The position numbers and the translations under genes are program-made. Below, piece by piece: positions 1-11,390 of a stretch of 64,000 nt of DNA. The notes beneath the pieces were generated by a model. The model worked only from the letters and a program-made list of their open reading frames with translations. It was not told the DNA's origin and ran no database searches. This stretch comes from an uncultured Paenibacillaceae bacterium (GTDB lineage Bacteria > Bacillota > Bacilli > Paenibacillales > DA-C8): contig CAVWLN010000021.1 of assembly GCA_963755735.1 (NCBI GenBank), positions 9,789-73,788 on the forward strand, read 5' to 3'. How positions within the stretch are numbered: the stretch's first letter is position 1; every line of letters starts with the position of its first letter.

Positions 1-548
1 GCTCCCTTCTCGAGCAAACCTAACTCATAAATGTCCGAGAAGAGGATGAGCAACCATCCTTTCAGTCCAAGTTCGTACCCAACATGCTGATGTTCATATT
101 TATGCAAAATCTGCTTTATAAGCAAGAGCAGTCGGTTGTGTGCTTCTTCTTTGGTCGTCAAATAAGCTGGAAGTTTCACTTCTTCACGGATGAAAGCCGA
201 AAGCTCGTTTTCGTTGTGCAGGTCATTGTTCAGTTGGTAATACGCGAAAACCCAGGACAGCTTGAACACGATGGCATAATAGGTCACTTCGGTGGAATGC
301 GCATTGTAGCCGCTATGCAGTTCCCCGGGATGGACAATGAGCGCTTCTCCAGACTTCATATGAAACTCCTTCTCTTCGATGCGGAATACCGCCTGTCCCT
401 GATCCATAAAGATGATTTCCATTTCATCGTGCCAATGGATCGGCAAGATTTGCTGCGTAAACTTGGTATGCATAACCTTGTAGATTTGAAACGGGAAATT
501 GGGTCGACCGTGCCTTTTGTTTTCGTAATATCGAAATTCAAACAACAT
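1..548 (-). CDS. AraC-family transcriptional regulator, N-terminal cupin part (runs off window edge)
   Basis: Hand translation MLFEFRYYENKRHGRPNFPFQIY...PIHWHDEMEIIF...HPGELHSG is open to position 1; GGAGGTG RBS; divergent from GH31. Absent from the ORF track because it has no stop in the window. Confidence 0.85.
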   Translation of the reverse strand, partial: MLFEFRYYENKRHGRPNFPFQIYKVMHTKFTQQILPIHWHDEMEIIFMDQGQAVFRIEEKEFHMKSGEALIVHPGELHSGYNAHSTEVTYYAIVFKLSWVFAYYQLNNDLHNENELSAFIREEVKLPAYLTTKEEAHNRLLLLIKQILHKYEHQHVGYELGLKGWLLILFSDIYELGLLEKG

Positions 549-629
549 CATCACCTCCTGCAAGAACCCATCCAGGGCTCTTTATCTCAAGATAGCAGAT
601 GCCTGAGCCTACGGGAAGCCAAAGTTGAA

Positions 630-689
630 AATATTGTGCTAGCAATGAGCAATAATGTCGCAGATATTCGATCTTCATGAAAATATAAT
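630..689 (+). promoter_or_regulatory. Putative AraC-type direct repeat plus -10 box of the GH31 promoter
   Basis: AATATTGTG (630) and AATAATGTC (651) are 21 bp apart; TATAAT at 684-689; no canonical -35. Confidence 0.45.
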
Positions 690-722
690 TTTAATTAAAC
701 AAACAATGGGCAGGTGAATGAT

Positions 723-3132
723 GTGAAGGTCATCGATTATCAAGTAAACGACGATGGAATAACGATCAGAACTTCCAGCGGCATGATGCAAATTGCTTTC
801 TATTCTCCGAAAATTGCAAGAATTCGTTATACGCTCGAACAAGCCTTCAGTGAGAAAAAAAAGCTATATGATCGTGGAGCATGATCACACGATCAAGGCT
901 CCATGGCGACTGAATGAACAAGCGGACGATCTAGAATTGTTGACTGAGCATCTGACCATCAAGATCGATAAAGCTACTTGTGCCTTCTCTTACTTCGACG
1001 AGCATGGGAATTTGCTCACGAAGGAGCCGGACAGGGGAGGCAAGACGTTAGAGCGTACGGATGTGTTGCGAACGGTGTTCCAGGAAGGAGCGGAGCTTAA
1101 GGCCAAGCTCGGGGCGGACGGACTGCGCGTGAACGCAGACAAGTTGGAACAGACCGTCGATCGGCAGGCGTTTCGCACAAAGCTGGAATTTGAATGGCAG
1201 CCCGATGAAGCGCTGTATGGCTTAGGCTCTCACGAAGAAGGGATGATGAACTTACGGGGGAAGACACAATATTTGTATCAGCAAAATATGAAAGCGGTTG
1301 TACCGGTTCTCGTCTCCACACGCGGCTACGGTGTACTTGTAGACAGTTACTCGCTCATGACTTTTCGTGACGATGCTTATGGTTCCTACATATGGACAGA
1401 CACCGACGATGAAATGGATTATTATATGATTGTCGGACCGGAATTCGACGAGATCGTTCAAGGCATCCGATTTCTTACGGGCGAAGCACCCATGCTTCCG
1501 AAATGGGCGTTCGGCTATGTGCAGTCGAAAGAACGGTATGAATCTCAGCAGGAGCTGATCCACATCGTACAGGAGTATCGTCGCCGCGGCCTGCCTCTCG
1601 ATTGTATCGTGCTGGACTGGAAATCTTGGACTGGGGATTTGTGGGGACAGAAGACGCTAGATCCCGAGCGGTTCCCAAGCCCCGATGCCATGATGGAGAA
1701 GCTCCATGCGCTGAATGCCAAACTGATGGTCTCAATCTGGCCGATTATGAATGCAGGCGGCGACAACCATCGGGAAATGAAAGAGAGGGGATACCTGCTC
1801 GGCAATCAAGCGACCTATGACGCGTTTCAACAAGGGGCACGTGAGCTTTACTGGCAACAAGCGAACAAAGGCTTGTTCTCCCATGGCATTGATGCATGGT
1901 GGTGTGACTGCACGGAACCGTTCGAGGCCGATTGGCAAGGCGCCGTGAAGCCGGAGCCTGAGCAGCGCATGCTGATCAACTGCGAAGAGGCCAAGCGATA
2001 CCTTGATCCGGAATATATTAATGCCTATTCGCTGCTTCATTCCAAAGGCATCTATGAAGGCCAGCGTTCCGTCACGAGCAGCAAGCGCGTGGTTAATCTT
2101 ACCCGTTCCGCTTATGCGGGACAGCATCGGTATGGCACCATTACTTGGTCGGGCGATATTTCGGCTACTTGGGAAACGTTCAGGAAGCAGATCGCAGACG
2201 GCCTGAATTTCTGCGTCACTGGCTCGCCGTATTGGACGTTTGACATTGGCGCGTTCTTCGTGCAGAACAAGCCGGAGCTATGGTTCTGGAGCGGCGATTA
2301 TGATCAAGGAGTACACGATCTGGGCTATCGTGAGCTATATGTACGGTGGTTTCAAGCCGGCGCATTTCTTCCGATGTTCCGCTCTCACGGAACGGATACG
2401 CCAAGGGAGATTTGGCAATTCGGTAAACCTGGGGAGCGGATGTACGACACGTTAGTGAAATACTTGAAGCTGCGTTACAAGCTTATGCCCTATATTTATT
2501 CTTTGGCAGGGGCGGTAGCGCATCGCAGTTATACGATGTTTCGTGCCTTGGCGTTCGATTATCGGCAAGATATCCGCACGCATGACATCGATGACCAATT
2601 TATGTTCGGACCGGCCTTTATGGTATGTCCTGTTACAGAGGCTATGTATTACGGGCCGAATTCTCAGGAGTTGACGGATAAGCCGAAAACCCGCAGTGTG
2701 TATTTGCCTGCCGGTACTTGGTATGACTACTGGACAGACCAGCGAATCGTCGGCAGCAAGACCGTGACAGCGAAAGCTGATCTGGAGACGATGCCGATGT
2801 TTGTCAGAGCGGGCTCCATCGTGCCGACAGGACCAGACATTCAATACGCCGATGAACAGCCTGATGCAGTCATTCATCTGAAGATTTATCCTGGCGCGGA
2901 CGGATCCTTCACGCTGTATGAGGATGAAGGGGACAATTACAACTACGAGGCTGGCAAGTATTCCACAATTAAAATGATCTGGAATCATGCGAAGCGAACG
3001 CTTACGTTAGAGAGCAGGCAAGGAAGCTTCGAGGGCATGCAGAAGCAGAGACAATTTTCGATCGAGCTTGCTGGAGAGGATCAACAAACTGTGATTTCCT
3101 ATTATGGCGAACAAATAAGCGTGCAATTTTAA
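723..3132 (+). CDS. GH31 glycoside hydrolase, probable alpha-xylosidase (one apparent indel in the A-run at ~855-862)
   Basis: GH31 motifs WWCDCTEP (nucleophile), WSGD (acid/base), FRSHG and YEDEGDNYNYE; natural N-terminus (GTG 723, VKVIDYQVND...) lies in another frame. Confidence 0.88.
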
Positions 3133-3149
3133 TAGAATCATGATTATGG

Positions 3150-3180
3150 GCACCGAAGCGTTGAACAAATGCTTCGGTGA
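3150..3180 (+). terminator. Stem-loop downstream of GH31
   Basis: CACCGAAGCGTTG-AA-CAAATGCTTCGGTG inverted repeat; weak U-tract. Confidence 0.5.
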
Positions 3181-3204
3181 ACATGCTACAGGGGATTACA
3201 AACC

Positions 3205-5074
3205 ATGATTGATAGAGGGAAGAACGAGAATACGATCAGAAGGTCAGTCGTTCGCGATATAAAAAAGAGAACGGGTATCGATACGGTATCGGCTCTTTTT
3301 GACGTATGCGATCATTATTTTATTGGTCTCCATTATTTATGCAGTCACTTTTTATTTATATGAATCTAGAGCATTTACGTCGAGATCATTAGCAAGCGTT
3401 CATGAGCTGTCCTTAAGTTTGTCCAATAAATTAGACCTTGAAATCCAAAAGATGGACAACGTGACGTTAAGCGTCGCTTACTCCAACCTAATTAAAGAGC
3501 GTTTGGTAAGGATCGCGCAAAGCGGGGATCATCGCCATTACACGATCGATCAAATATCGGATATTAAAGAATTAAGTGAGATTATGGTTGCCGCGATAGG
3601 TCCTTCGCAGGCGGTTAGGAACTTAAGAATCTATGATCTTGAAGGTAATCGTATCTCCTCAGGAGCGCTCACCAAATACGGTAAAGAAGATGTCACCCAA
3701 ATGCCGTGGTACGACACGGTGATGAGTAGAAGCGGAGGCGTCTTGATAGGCTTGCCTGAACTGGATGATGAGCTTGCTCATTCATTTGTTTACTTTAAGG
3801 ACAAATATTTTATTTCGTTATATCGGACATTCTTTGATCACTTAGGAAAAGTTCAAGGTATCATTCAAGCCCAACAAGATGCGGAGGTTGTGTTTAGCAG
3901 TCTGATTGAGCTGGAAAGAGAAAACGGTGGAGATAAACGGTATTATGTCTTAAATGATGCAGGTGAACAATTATATCCGTACAAAAATAAAGATCATTTA
4001 GGTGAATACTATTTCAACAAGTTCAAGCATGCAGAGAGCATGTCATTTTATGTGGATAGCCCGACGCATCGCGGGAAAGAATTGGTGTCCTACCATGTTT
4101 CACAAGAGACAGGTTGGATCCTGGCTGTGGTCACGTCAAGAGTGGCATTAATTGAATCCTTAACGCAATATACGATGAAAGTGATCATCACAACGCTTGT
4201 GATCCTATTTCTCGCACTCATCTTTTCCTACTATGCTGCTCGCAGGATTACCAGACCGATCGCAGCGCTTCATTCCGCGATCAAAAAGATGGACATAGGC
4301 GGATTAGCGAAACCGAATCAATCGATAAAAAGTGATATCAATGAAATCGAGGCCTTGCAGATCGCCTTTGATAATATGAACTTGAAGCTACAGCATTCCG
4401 TAGAGAAGTTATTATTTTCACAAACTCAAGAAATCAAAGCAAAGATGTTTGCCCTTACCTCACAGATGAATCCTCATTTTTTGTATAACACCATTACGAC
4501 TATAAGCATCATGGCAGAAGAGGGGATGTCTGCAGAAATTACGCGGCTTTGTCATAAGCTATCCTCCATGCTTCGCTACATTTCTTCCGAAACTTCGAAT
4601 GAAGTAAGTCTTGGCGCAGAGATCGAGTATACTACTACTTATCTGGAATGCATGAAGATTCGTTATCCGGAGGATCTCATCTATACGATCGAAATCAGTG
4701 AAGAGCTGATGGATATTCCGATTCCAAAGCTGTTGATTCAACCGCTTGTCGAAAACTGTATGAAGCATGGGATCCATGTCCAGAGCCCGTGGCGGATCAA
4801 AATCGAGGGCAAAGTGAGCGATGATCGTTGGCTCATCACGGTGTCGGATAATGGTCCGGGGATGTCGGATAAGAAACGAAAACAGTTATTTGAAAAAATC
4901 GATGAATGGGAAAGGTCCAATCGATTTCCTGGTTTAAGCGTAGAAGGTATGGGACTGATCAATATTTATTTCCGCTTAAAATTAACCTACAACGAACATA
5001 TGATTTTTCATATAGATGAGCGTGCGAACGGATTTACGATCACCATAGGCGGGAGGATTTCTAATGGATCATAA
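3205..5074 (+). CDS. YesM-type sensor histidine kinase (start uncertain; probable indel near 3275)
   Basis: Two TM segments, HAMP, SQMNPHFLYNT H-box, QPLVEN, DNGPG. Confidence 0.9.
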
Positions 5075-5870
5075 GAACTATACCGTTTTTGTGGTAGAAG
5101 ATGAAACGCTGATTCTAAGAAATATTGTCAAAAAAATCGAACAGTTTGAGATTGGATTTGAAGTCGCTGAAACTGCCAAAAACGGTCAACAAGCGATGGA
5201 TTTGCTGCACAAGCATCTGCCGGATGTTCTCATTACAGATATCCGAATGCCACAGGTTGATGGGCTGCAGCTCATACAGCATTTAAGTGTAAACTACCCT
5301 TTCGTCCGGACGATCATTATTTCCGGATATGATGATTTTGAATATGCGCGTAAAGCGATCCAATTCAACGTGAAGGAGTATTTGCTGAAGCCGATTGAAT
5401 CCGAGCAGCTCTATCAAAGTCTGATTCGAATGAGAATAGAACTCGATGCGGAATATCGTCAAACCGTGGAAAAAATGAAAGTATTAAAAACGACACAAGG
5501 GGTAAGTATAGAGGATTCCATTGAAAACCTTCGATTATACTTAGACAAAAATTTCACAGATGATATCAATCTGGGGGAAATTGCACGAGATCTTCATTTT
5601 AGCTCTTCCTACCTAAGCAAATGGTTTTTGAAGCTGGTAGGCGAAACGCCTTCTTCGTATGTTATTAAGTTAAGGATCTCCAAGGCTAAGCAATTGTTGC
5701 GATCCGTTCATGAACTGACGGTCAGGGAGATCGGAGAATTGGTTGGGTATACGGACCAAAATTATTTCAGCCGTATCTTCAAACAGCAGACTGGGCTTAG
5801 TCCTATGCATTACCGCGAGCAATATGCGCAAAAAGACCTTCCTGAAAATCTAGTGAAAAAAAGTCCATAA
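5064..5870 (+). CDS. YesN-type response regulator (REC + AraC HTH)
   Basis: VVEDE, TDIRMP, YLLKP; C-terminal VGYTDQNYFSRIFK. Confidence 0.92.
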   Translation: MDHKNYTVFVVEDETLILRNIVKKIEQFEIGFEVAETAKNGQQAMDLLHKHLPDVLITDIRMPQVDGLQLIQHLSVNYPFVRTIIISGYDDFEYARKAIQFNVKEYLLKPIESEQLYQSLIRMRIELDAEYRQTVEKMKVLKTTQGVSIEDSIENLRLYLDKNFTDDINLGEIARDLHFSSSYLSKWFLKLVGETPSSYVIKLRISKAKQLLRSVHELTVREIGELVGYTDQNYFSRIFKQQTGLSPMHYREQYAQKDLPENLVKKSP

Positions 5871-5950
5871 CATTGCACGTTCTAGTGCATATCGAAGAGT
5901 CGTCACCACTTACTATAATGAAAGGGAATAAAAAAGGAGGGTTGTTTTGT

Positions 5951-7306
5951 ATGAAAAGGAAGGTTACAAGGTCGTTAGTCGTTTTGTGTATTTGCTTATC
6001 TGTACTCTTTGTTACGGCGTGTAGTGAAAGCGGTAACAATAATGGGGCTACTAATTCTGAGCCAAAGCCTCAAGAAACGAAAAAGTCAGATGTTACCCTT
6101 ACGGTTATGGCTTCACAGGATCAGATTATGGATGCGGAAATCGAGCTTGCCAAATCTTTTGAAGAAGAAACGGGCATTAAGATTGACTATCAGATCGTGC
6201 CATCCGATCAGTTCCCCAACTTAATCAACGCCAAGTTAAATTCCGGGGAAGGTCCAGATATTATCGTGGCGCAAGGCGGCAAATTAACGTTGAAAGCGAG
6301 CCTGGATCCAGAAAGGAATTTGGAGGATCTTTCGGCAGAACCATGGGTATCAAAAATGATCAAGCCATTTGAAGAAGGCGTTTCCTATAATGGGAAAGTA
6401 TACGGGCTGCCACTTTGGGATCTTGGCGGCAGCAGCAGCTGGGTATTGGTATACAATAAGAAAATTTTCGCAGACCTCGGACTGACACCTCCTACTACCT
6501 ACGACGAGCTCCTGAGTGTCAGCCAAACGCTGCTTGACAATGGGATCACTCCGATCTATGAGGCAGGTTCGGACGGTTGGCATCACCAATTGCCATTAAT
6601 GGAAATGGGCCCAAGAGTAGAGGAATTAAACGCAGGTTTCTATGAACAGCTGAATCAGAATCAGACAACCTTGCAAGAAAATGCGGATATGCTAAAGCTG
6701 GTTGAGCAAATCAAAGAGTTAGTAGATCGAGGATATTATGGCGAAGAATACTATAGCAATATGTACGCCGACAACTATAACGCTATGGCCTCAGGAAAAT
6801 ACGCCATGACGATAGATCGCTCCAACTTTGGAAGTGAGCTTGTGGCAAATGTTGCGGATTCACCTTATGGGGAAGACGATTTTAGCGCAGTGCCGATGCC
6901 GTTCTTGGACAATCAAATCCTGAATGTCAATCCGCAAGGACCGTCGAAGTTTGTATACAAAGATGGGAAGCATGTCGCTGAAGCCAAACAATTTTTAGCC
7001 TATCTTGCGGAGCCGGATCATTTGCAATATTTCTTGGATCATACCCCGCGATTCTCCGAATTGCCATTTGAAGGTGTGACGCCAAAGCCAAATAAAACCT
7101 TGGAAGAGATTAAAGCTGTTGCCACCAAAGAGGGAGTTGTCATGCAAGCTGGAGTAAGTTATGTCGACCCTCAATGGATGGATATCGGACAAGACTTAAT
7201 GGCGTTGTTTACAGGAGCTGCTGAGCCAATCGACGTGCTGAAAAATATGGATAACCGGAGAAGTCAACAAGCGAAAGCGTTAAATGATCCAGCATGGTCA
7301 AACTGA
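5951..7306 (+). CDS. Sugar ABC transporter solute-binding lipoprotein (module 1)
   Basis: AAGGAGG RBS; signal peptide with lipobox FVTAC; family-1 SBP motifs (YGLP, YNKKIF). Confidence 0.9.
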   Translation: MKRKVTRSLVVLCICLSVLFVTACSESGNNNGATNSEPKPQETKKSDVTLTVMASQDQIMDAEIELAKSFEEETGIKIDYQIVPSDQFPNLINAKLNSGEGPDIIVAQGGKLTLKASLDPERNLEDLSAEPWVSKMIKPFEEGVSYNGKVYGLPLWDLGGSSSWVLVYNKKIFADLGLTPPTTYDELLSVSQTLLDNGITPIYEAGSDGWHHQLPLMEMGPRVEELNAGFYEQLNQNQTTLQENADMLKLVEQIKELVDRGYYGEEYYSNMYADNYNAMASGKYAMTIDRSNFGSELVANVADSPYGEDDFSAVPMPFLDNQILNVNPQGPSKFVYKDGKHVAEAKQFLAYLAEPDHLQYFLDHTPRFSELPFEGVTPKPNKTLEEIKAVATKEGVVMQAGVSYVDPQWMDIGQDLMALFTGAAEPIDVLKNMDNRRSQQAKALNDPAWSN

Positions 7307-7322
7307 TTGATGAATAATAAGC

Positions 7323-7376
7323 GATGAGACAAAAGAAACCTTCGGAACTAGGTTTTGAGGGTTTCTTCTCTCATCC
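7323..7376 (+). terminator. Hairpin between SBP and permease genes
   Basis: GATGAGA..AAGAAACCTTC...GAGGGTTTCTT..TCTCATC inverted repeat. Confidence 0.55.
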
Positions 7377-7408
7377 TATCGAACGAATTCATCGAAGGGG
7401 CATAAGAG

Positions 7409-8281
7409 ATGAAGATTCAGAAAAAGATGTATCCGAGCTATTTTATATTTGGCGCATTGATTTTGTATTTGTTTTTATATGTGCTCCCTAGCTTAATGGG
7501 GATTTATTATTCTTTTACTGATTGGAGTCGCTTTGACGATTCGATGCGATTTATCGGACTGGAAAATTACAAAACCGTGTTGTCTCTTGAAGAAAATTAT
7601 TTGATGGTTCTTTGGAATACATTGAAATTTACAGTGGTCACATCTGTTATGAAAACGGTCCTAGGGCTCTTCTGCGCACTTGTTGTTGCTGGCAAGCTAT
7701 GGGCGCGAAATTTCCACAGAGCCGTCATTTTTTTGCCATCCATCCTTTCGTTTTTGATTACCGGTTTAACGTTTCGATCCATCTTGGGGCCTTCAGGCTT
7801 ACTTAACTCTTTTTTGCGAAGTATAGGCTTGGATGGATTGACGCGCCACTGGTTGTTTGAAGGAAGCTGGCCGTTCTGGTCGGTTGCCGGTATTGATATA
7901 TGGAAAGGCTTCGGATATATCATGACGATATTTCTCGCGGGACTGATGACGATATCGAAGGATTACTATGAAGCCGCCGAAATCGATGGCGCTCAGTTTT
8001 GGGGAAAGCTGCGCTATATTACGTTTCCACTTTTGATGCCTGCCTTTGCGATCACAACGGTGCTAAATCTCGTATACGGCTTAAGGGTTTTCGATATTGT
8101 ATACGTCACGACCATGGGTGGACCCGGCAATCAAACCGAAGTGCTTTATACGGTCATCTTTAAGCTGTTTGGTTACGGCTACTATGGACTCGGCACGGCA
8201 CTGTCATCTTTAATGTTTGTGTTCATGATCGTACTGGGATATTTCGTAATCAAAATGATGAATAAAGAGGTAGAAGCATAA
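7409..8281 (+). CDS. Carbohydrate ABC permease (MalF-like)
   Basis: Multiple TMs; EAA loop YYEAAEIDGA. Confidence 0.92.
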   Translation: MKIQKKMYPSYFIFGALILYLFLYVLPSLMGIYYSFTDWSRFDDSMRFIGLENYKTVLSLEENYLMVLWNTLKFTVVTSVMKTVLGLFCALVVAGKLWARNFHRAVIFLPSILSFLITGLTFRSILGPSGLLNSFLRSIGLDGLTRHWLFEGSWPFWSVAGIDIWKGFGYIMTIFLAGLMTISKDYYEAAEIDGAQFWGKLRYITFPLLMPAFAITTVLNLVYGLRVFDIVYVTTMGGPGNQTEVLYTVIFKLFGYGYYGLGTALSSLMFVFMIVLGYFVIKMMNKEVEA

Positions 8282-9105
8282 TGGCGATTCGTAATCTGCT
8301 CATGAAAGGCTTCAGACATTTGTTGATTTGGATAGTCTCACTCCTCATGCTGGTGCCGTTATTGCTCATTGTGCTTAATTCATTCAAAACGCAGGGTGAA
8401 GCGGCATCGATGAATTTTGCTTGGCCGTCGGTTTGGAAGGTTTCCAATTATATGGAAGTGATTGAGGCGGGGAAGCTTATTCAATCCTTCGGTAATAGCG
8501 TGTACTATTCCGTATTTTCCGTCGTCTTAGGTATGATTTTGTGCTCGATGGCCGCCTTTGTACTATCTAGAAGGAAATCAAAAATAAATCGGTTTATGTA
8601 TTTCTTTATTGTACTTGGTATCGCCATGCCGGTTAATCATATTGCTTTAATTAAAGTCATGCAGCTATTGCATCTTATGAATACTGGAATTGGCCTCAGT
8701 CTAATCTATACAGCATTGCAGGTTCCATTCAGTGTGTTCTTAATCTATGGCTTCATATCCTCGGTACCTAGAGAACTAGATGAGGCAGCAATTATGGACG
8801 GCTGCGGCAGTTTCAGAATGTTTTATCAAGTGATTTTTCCTTTGTTATTACCCGTCACGGTAACGGTCATGCTGCTAAACTTCCTCGTTTCATGGAATGA
8901 GTTTATCTTCCCGTTGTATTATTTAAATAGTTCTACATTATGGCCCATGACGTTGGCGGTCTACAATTTCTTTGGGCGTCATGAGACAGCCTGGAATCTC
9001 GTTAGTGCGAATATCGTCCTGACCAGCCTGCCTGTCATTATCGCTTACTTGCTCGGGCAAAAATATATAGTCGCTGGGATGGTATCGGGCTCGATCAAAG
9101 GTTGA
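8281..9105 (+). CDS. Carbohydrate ABC permease (MalG-like)
   Basis: ELDEAAIMDG; C-terminal GSIKG. Confidence 0.92.
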   Translation: MAIRNLLMKGFRHLLIWIVSLLMLVPLLLIVLNSFKTQGEAASMNFAWPSVWKVSNYMEVIEAGKLIQSFGNSVYYSVFSVVLGMILCSMAAFVLSRRKSKINRFMYFFIVLGIAMPVNHIALIKVMQLLHLMNTGIGLSLIYTALQVPFSVFLIYGFISSVPRELDEAAIMDGCGSFRMFYQVIFPLLLPVTVTVMLLNFLVSWNEFIFPLYYLNSSTLWPMTLAVYNFFGRHETAWNLVSANIVLTSLPVIIAYLLGQKYIVAGMVSGSIKG

Positions 9106-9248
9106 ATCGCGTAAGGCATGCATTGCATTATAAATAAATATTGGACCGCTTCGTGCGGGTCGCAAGTGTGTGGCTATCCTGGGCTTTTCGGGAAGCCATT
9201 TTTTATTCTACATATAGAGTTTATAAAAATCGCTAACCTCACAAGCAT

Positions 9249-9310
9249 AAGAAATACTAAGCAGTCATCTGCGTCCTGAAGGACTTGGCGCTAGCCAAGT
9301 ATTTCTTTAT
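9249..9310. repeat. Dispersed hairpin repeat, copy 1 (similar to 29868-29934)
   Basis: AAGAAATAC...TCCTG..AAGGA...AAGTATTTCTTTAT core present at both sites. Confidence 0.6.
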
Positions 9311-9458
9311 CTTCTTCGAAATTCCGAACCCCGCACATCCCTAGCATTTGAAAATCATTTCATAGCATATTAAAAATGCACACCTCCATCTTTAAAATGA
9401 TGACTATTGAACCGCTGGCAGAGCTTTTACAATAAAAATAAAAGGAGGGAGCAGGCTA

Positions 9459-10439
9459 TGAATGCTGATACGAAGGTCGCGCGCATGCACTTGATGAATC
9501 AGCCTCCATCTGTTTGGAAGCGCTTTAAGAAGCAGCGCAGCTCACATTATTTGTGTGGATCGGACTCATCTTCCTGCTCGTGTTTTCATACACGCCGATG
9601 TTTGGCATCCTGATGGCCTTTAAGGATTATTCGATCGTCACCGGTATTCAAGGCATCTTTACGAGCGACTGGGTCGGCTTTCGTTACTTTGTAGAGTTTT
9701 ATCGCGATTACAAGTTTTATGATATCGTGAGAAACACGCTCGTGCTCAGCTTCCTCAAGGTTGTGTTTACATTTCCCGTGCCCGATCTTATTTGCCATCA
9801 TGTTAAACGAAGTGAAGCATATGGCCTTCAAAAGAGTCGTGCAAACGGTTAGTTACTTGCCTCATTTCATCTCCTGGGTCATCGTGCTTGGATTAGCCTT
9901 CACCTTCTTCTCCAGTAATGTCGGGCTTGTGAATCAGGTGCTTCTGTCTTGGGGATGGATCGAGAAGCCGATCCCGACTGCTAACAGATCCTGCGTATTT
10001 CTGGGGATTGGCCGTCGGCAGTGCGATGTGGAAGGAAGCCGGCTGGTGGGCAATTATTTTTCTGGCAGCGATCGCAGGCATCAATCCGGTGCTGTATGAG
10101 GCAGCGCAAATTGACGGAGCCGGCAGATTGGCACGCATCTGGCACATCACGCTGCCAGGTATCAAAGGAACGGTCATCGTCGTGCTGATCCTTACGATCG
10201 GTAGTATTCTTGGCGGCGGACTCGTCGGCTCCAACTTCGAGCAAGCTTTCCTTATGGGCAATGCCAGCAATAACGACACTTCAGAAATTGTACAAACGTA
10301 TGCGTTTAAGGTCGGTCTGGCGCAGGGCAGATATTCGTATGCGGCCGCGATCGATCTCTTTCAATCGGTCATTTCCGTCATCTTGATTTTCAGCAGCAAC
10401 TATATCGCGAAGCGAGTGACCGGGTCGGGGCTGTTCTAA
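9459..10439 (+). CDS. Carbohydrate ABC permease, LplB-like (split by ~3 apparent indels)
   Basis: Collinear fragments YTPMFGILMAFKDY, YLPHFISWV, YEAAQIDGA; AGGAGGG RBS before ATG 9459. Confidence 0.85.
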
Positions 10440-10464
10440 TCGTGTCAGGGAAGGGGGAGCCGCA

Positions 10465-11337
10465 ATGAAAAGAAGCTTGGAGGACAAAGTGTTTGACGGG
10501 GTCAATGTTGCGCTGCTGACCTTAGTCTTGTTGGCTACAGCCTATCCATTCTACTACTTGCTTATTACATCCTTTAACTCTGGCACGGACGCTTTGCTTG
10601 GTGGGGCGTACTTTTGGCCGACGGATTTTACATTGGATAACTATGCGACGTTTTTCAAGGATGAGAAATGGCTGAGCGCTTTGTTCATGAGCGTGCTGAG
10701 AACGGTGGTCGGCACCATCTCAGGTGTCCTGTTCACATGTTTGGTGGCGTATGGCTTATCGCGCAAAGATTTGGTCTTCAAGAACATCTATTTCGTCATC
10801 GTTATTTTTGCGATGTATTTCTCTGGTGGTCTCATCCCTTACTACGTAGTGTTGCGCTCCCTAGGGCTATTGAATTCATTCGGAGTTTATGTGATTCCGT
10901 CCTTGCTCAATACGTTCTTCCTATTAATTGCAATATCGTTCTTCAGAGAAATTCCGAATGACTTGAAGGAATCCGCCTATATCGATGGAGCGAATGAATT
11001 GACGATCTTCTATAAGATTATTCTTCCGGTATCGAAGCCTCTGCTGGCTACAATGGCTTTGTTTGTCGGAGTTGGCCAATGGAACTCATGGCTCGATGCC
11101 GCCTACTTCGTAAGAGATGAACATTTGCGAACGCTGTCCTATCGATTAATCGAGATCATAAATCAAAGTCGCGTGCCGCGCGAGTCGATCGCAGCCGCGG
11201 CCGGCGCTTCCAATGTCACGAGCTATTCTTTGCAAGTGACGGCGATGATCGTGTCGATTGCCCCGATTATTTGTGTATATCCTTTTTTGCAGAAGTATTT
11301 TGTGAAGGGCATCATGCTCGGCTCCGTCAAGGAATGA
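10465..11337 (+). CDS. Carbohydrate ABC permease, LplC-like
   Basis: FSGGLIPYY, ESAYIDGA, YPFLQKYFVKG. Confidence 0.92.
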   Translation: MKRSLEDKVFDGVNVALLTLVLLATAYPFYYLLITSFNSGTDALLGGAYFWPTDFTLDNYATFFKDEKWLSALFMSVLRTVVGTISGVLFTCLVAYGLSRKDLVFKNIYFVIVIFAMYFSGGLIPYYVVLRSLGLLNSFGVYVIPSLLNTFFLLIAISFFREIPNDLKESAYIDGANELTIFYKIILPVSKPLLATMALFVGVGQWNSWLDAAYFVRDEHLRTLSYRLIEIINQSRVPRESIAAAAGASNVTSYSLQVTAMIVSIAPIICVYPFLQKYFVKGIMLGSVKE

Positions 11338-11390
11338 GCTTATTAAAGCGTTCCGCTTTAATATAGATCAATGAAATGGAGGGTTCTTAA

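Noticed and set aside
84-680. 198-aa plus-strand ORF
   Set aside because: Antisense shadow of the minus-strand AraC gene, which has an RBS and family motifs.
850-865. Programmed frameshift or phase variation at the A-run in GH31
   Set aside because: Cannot be distinguished from a homopolymer error in this indel-rich sequence.
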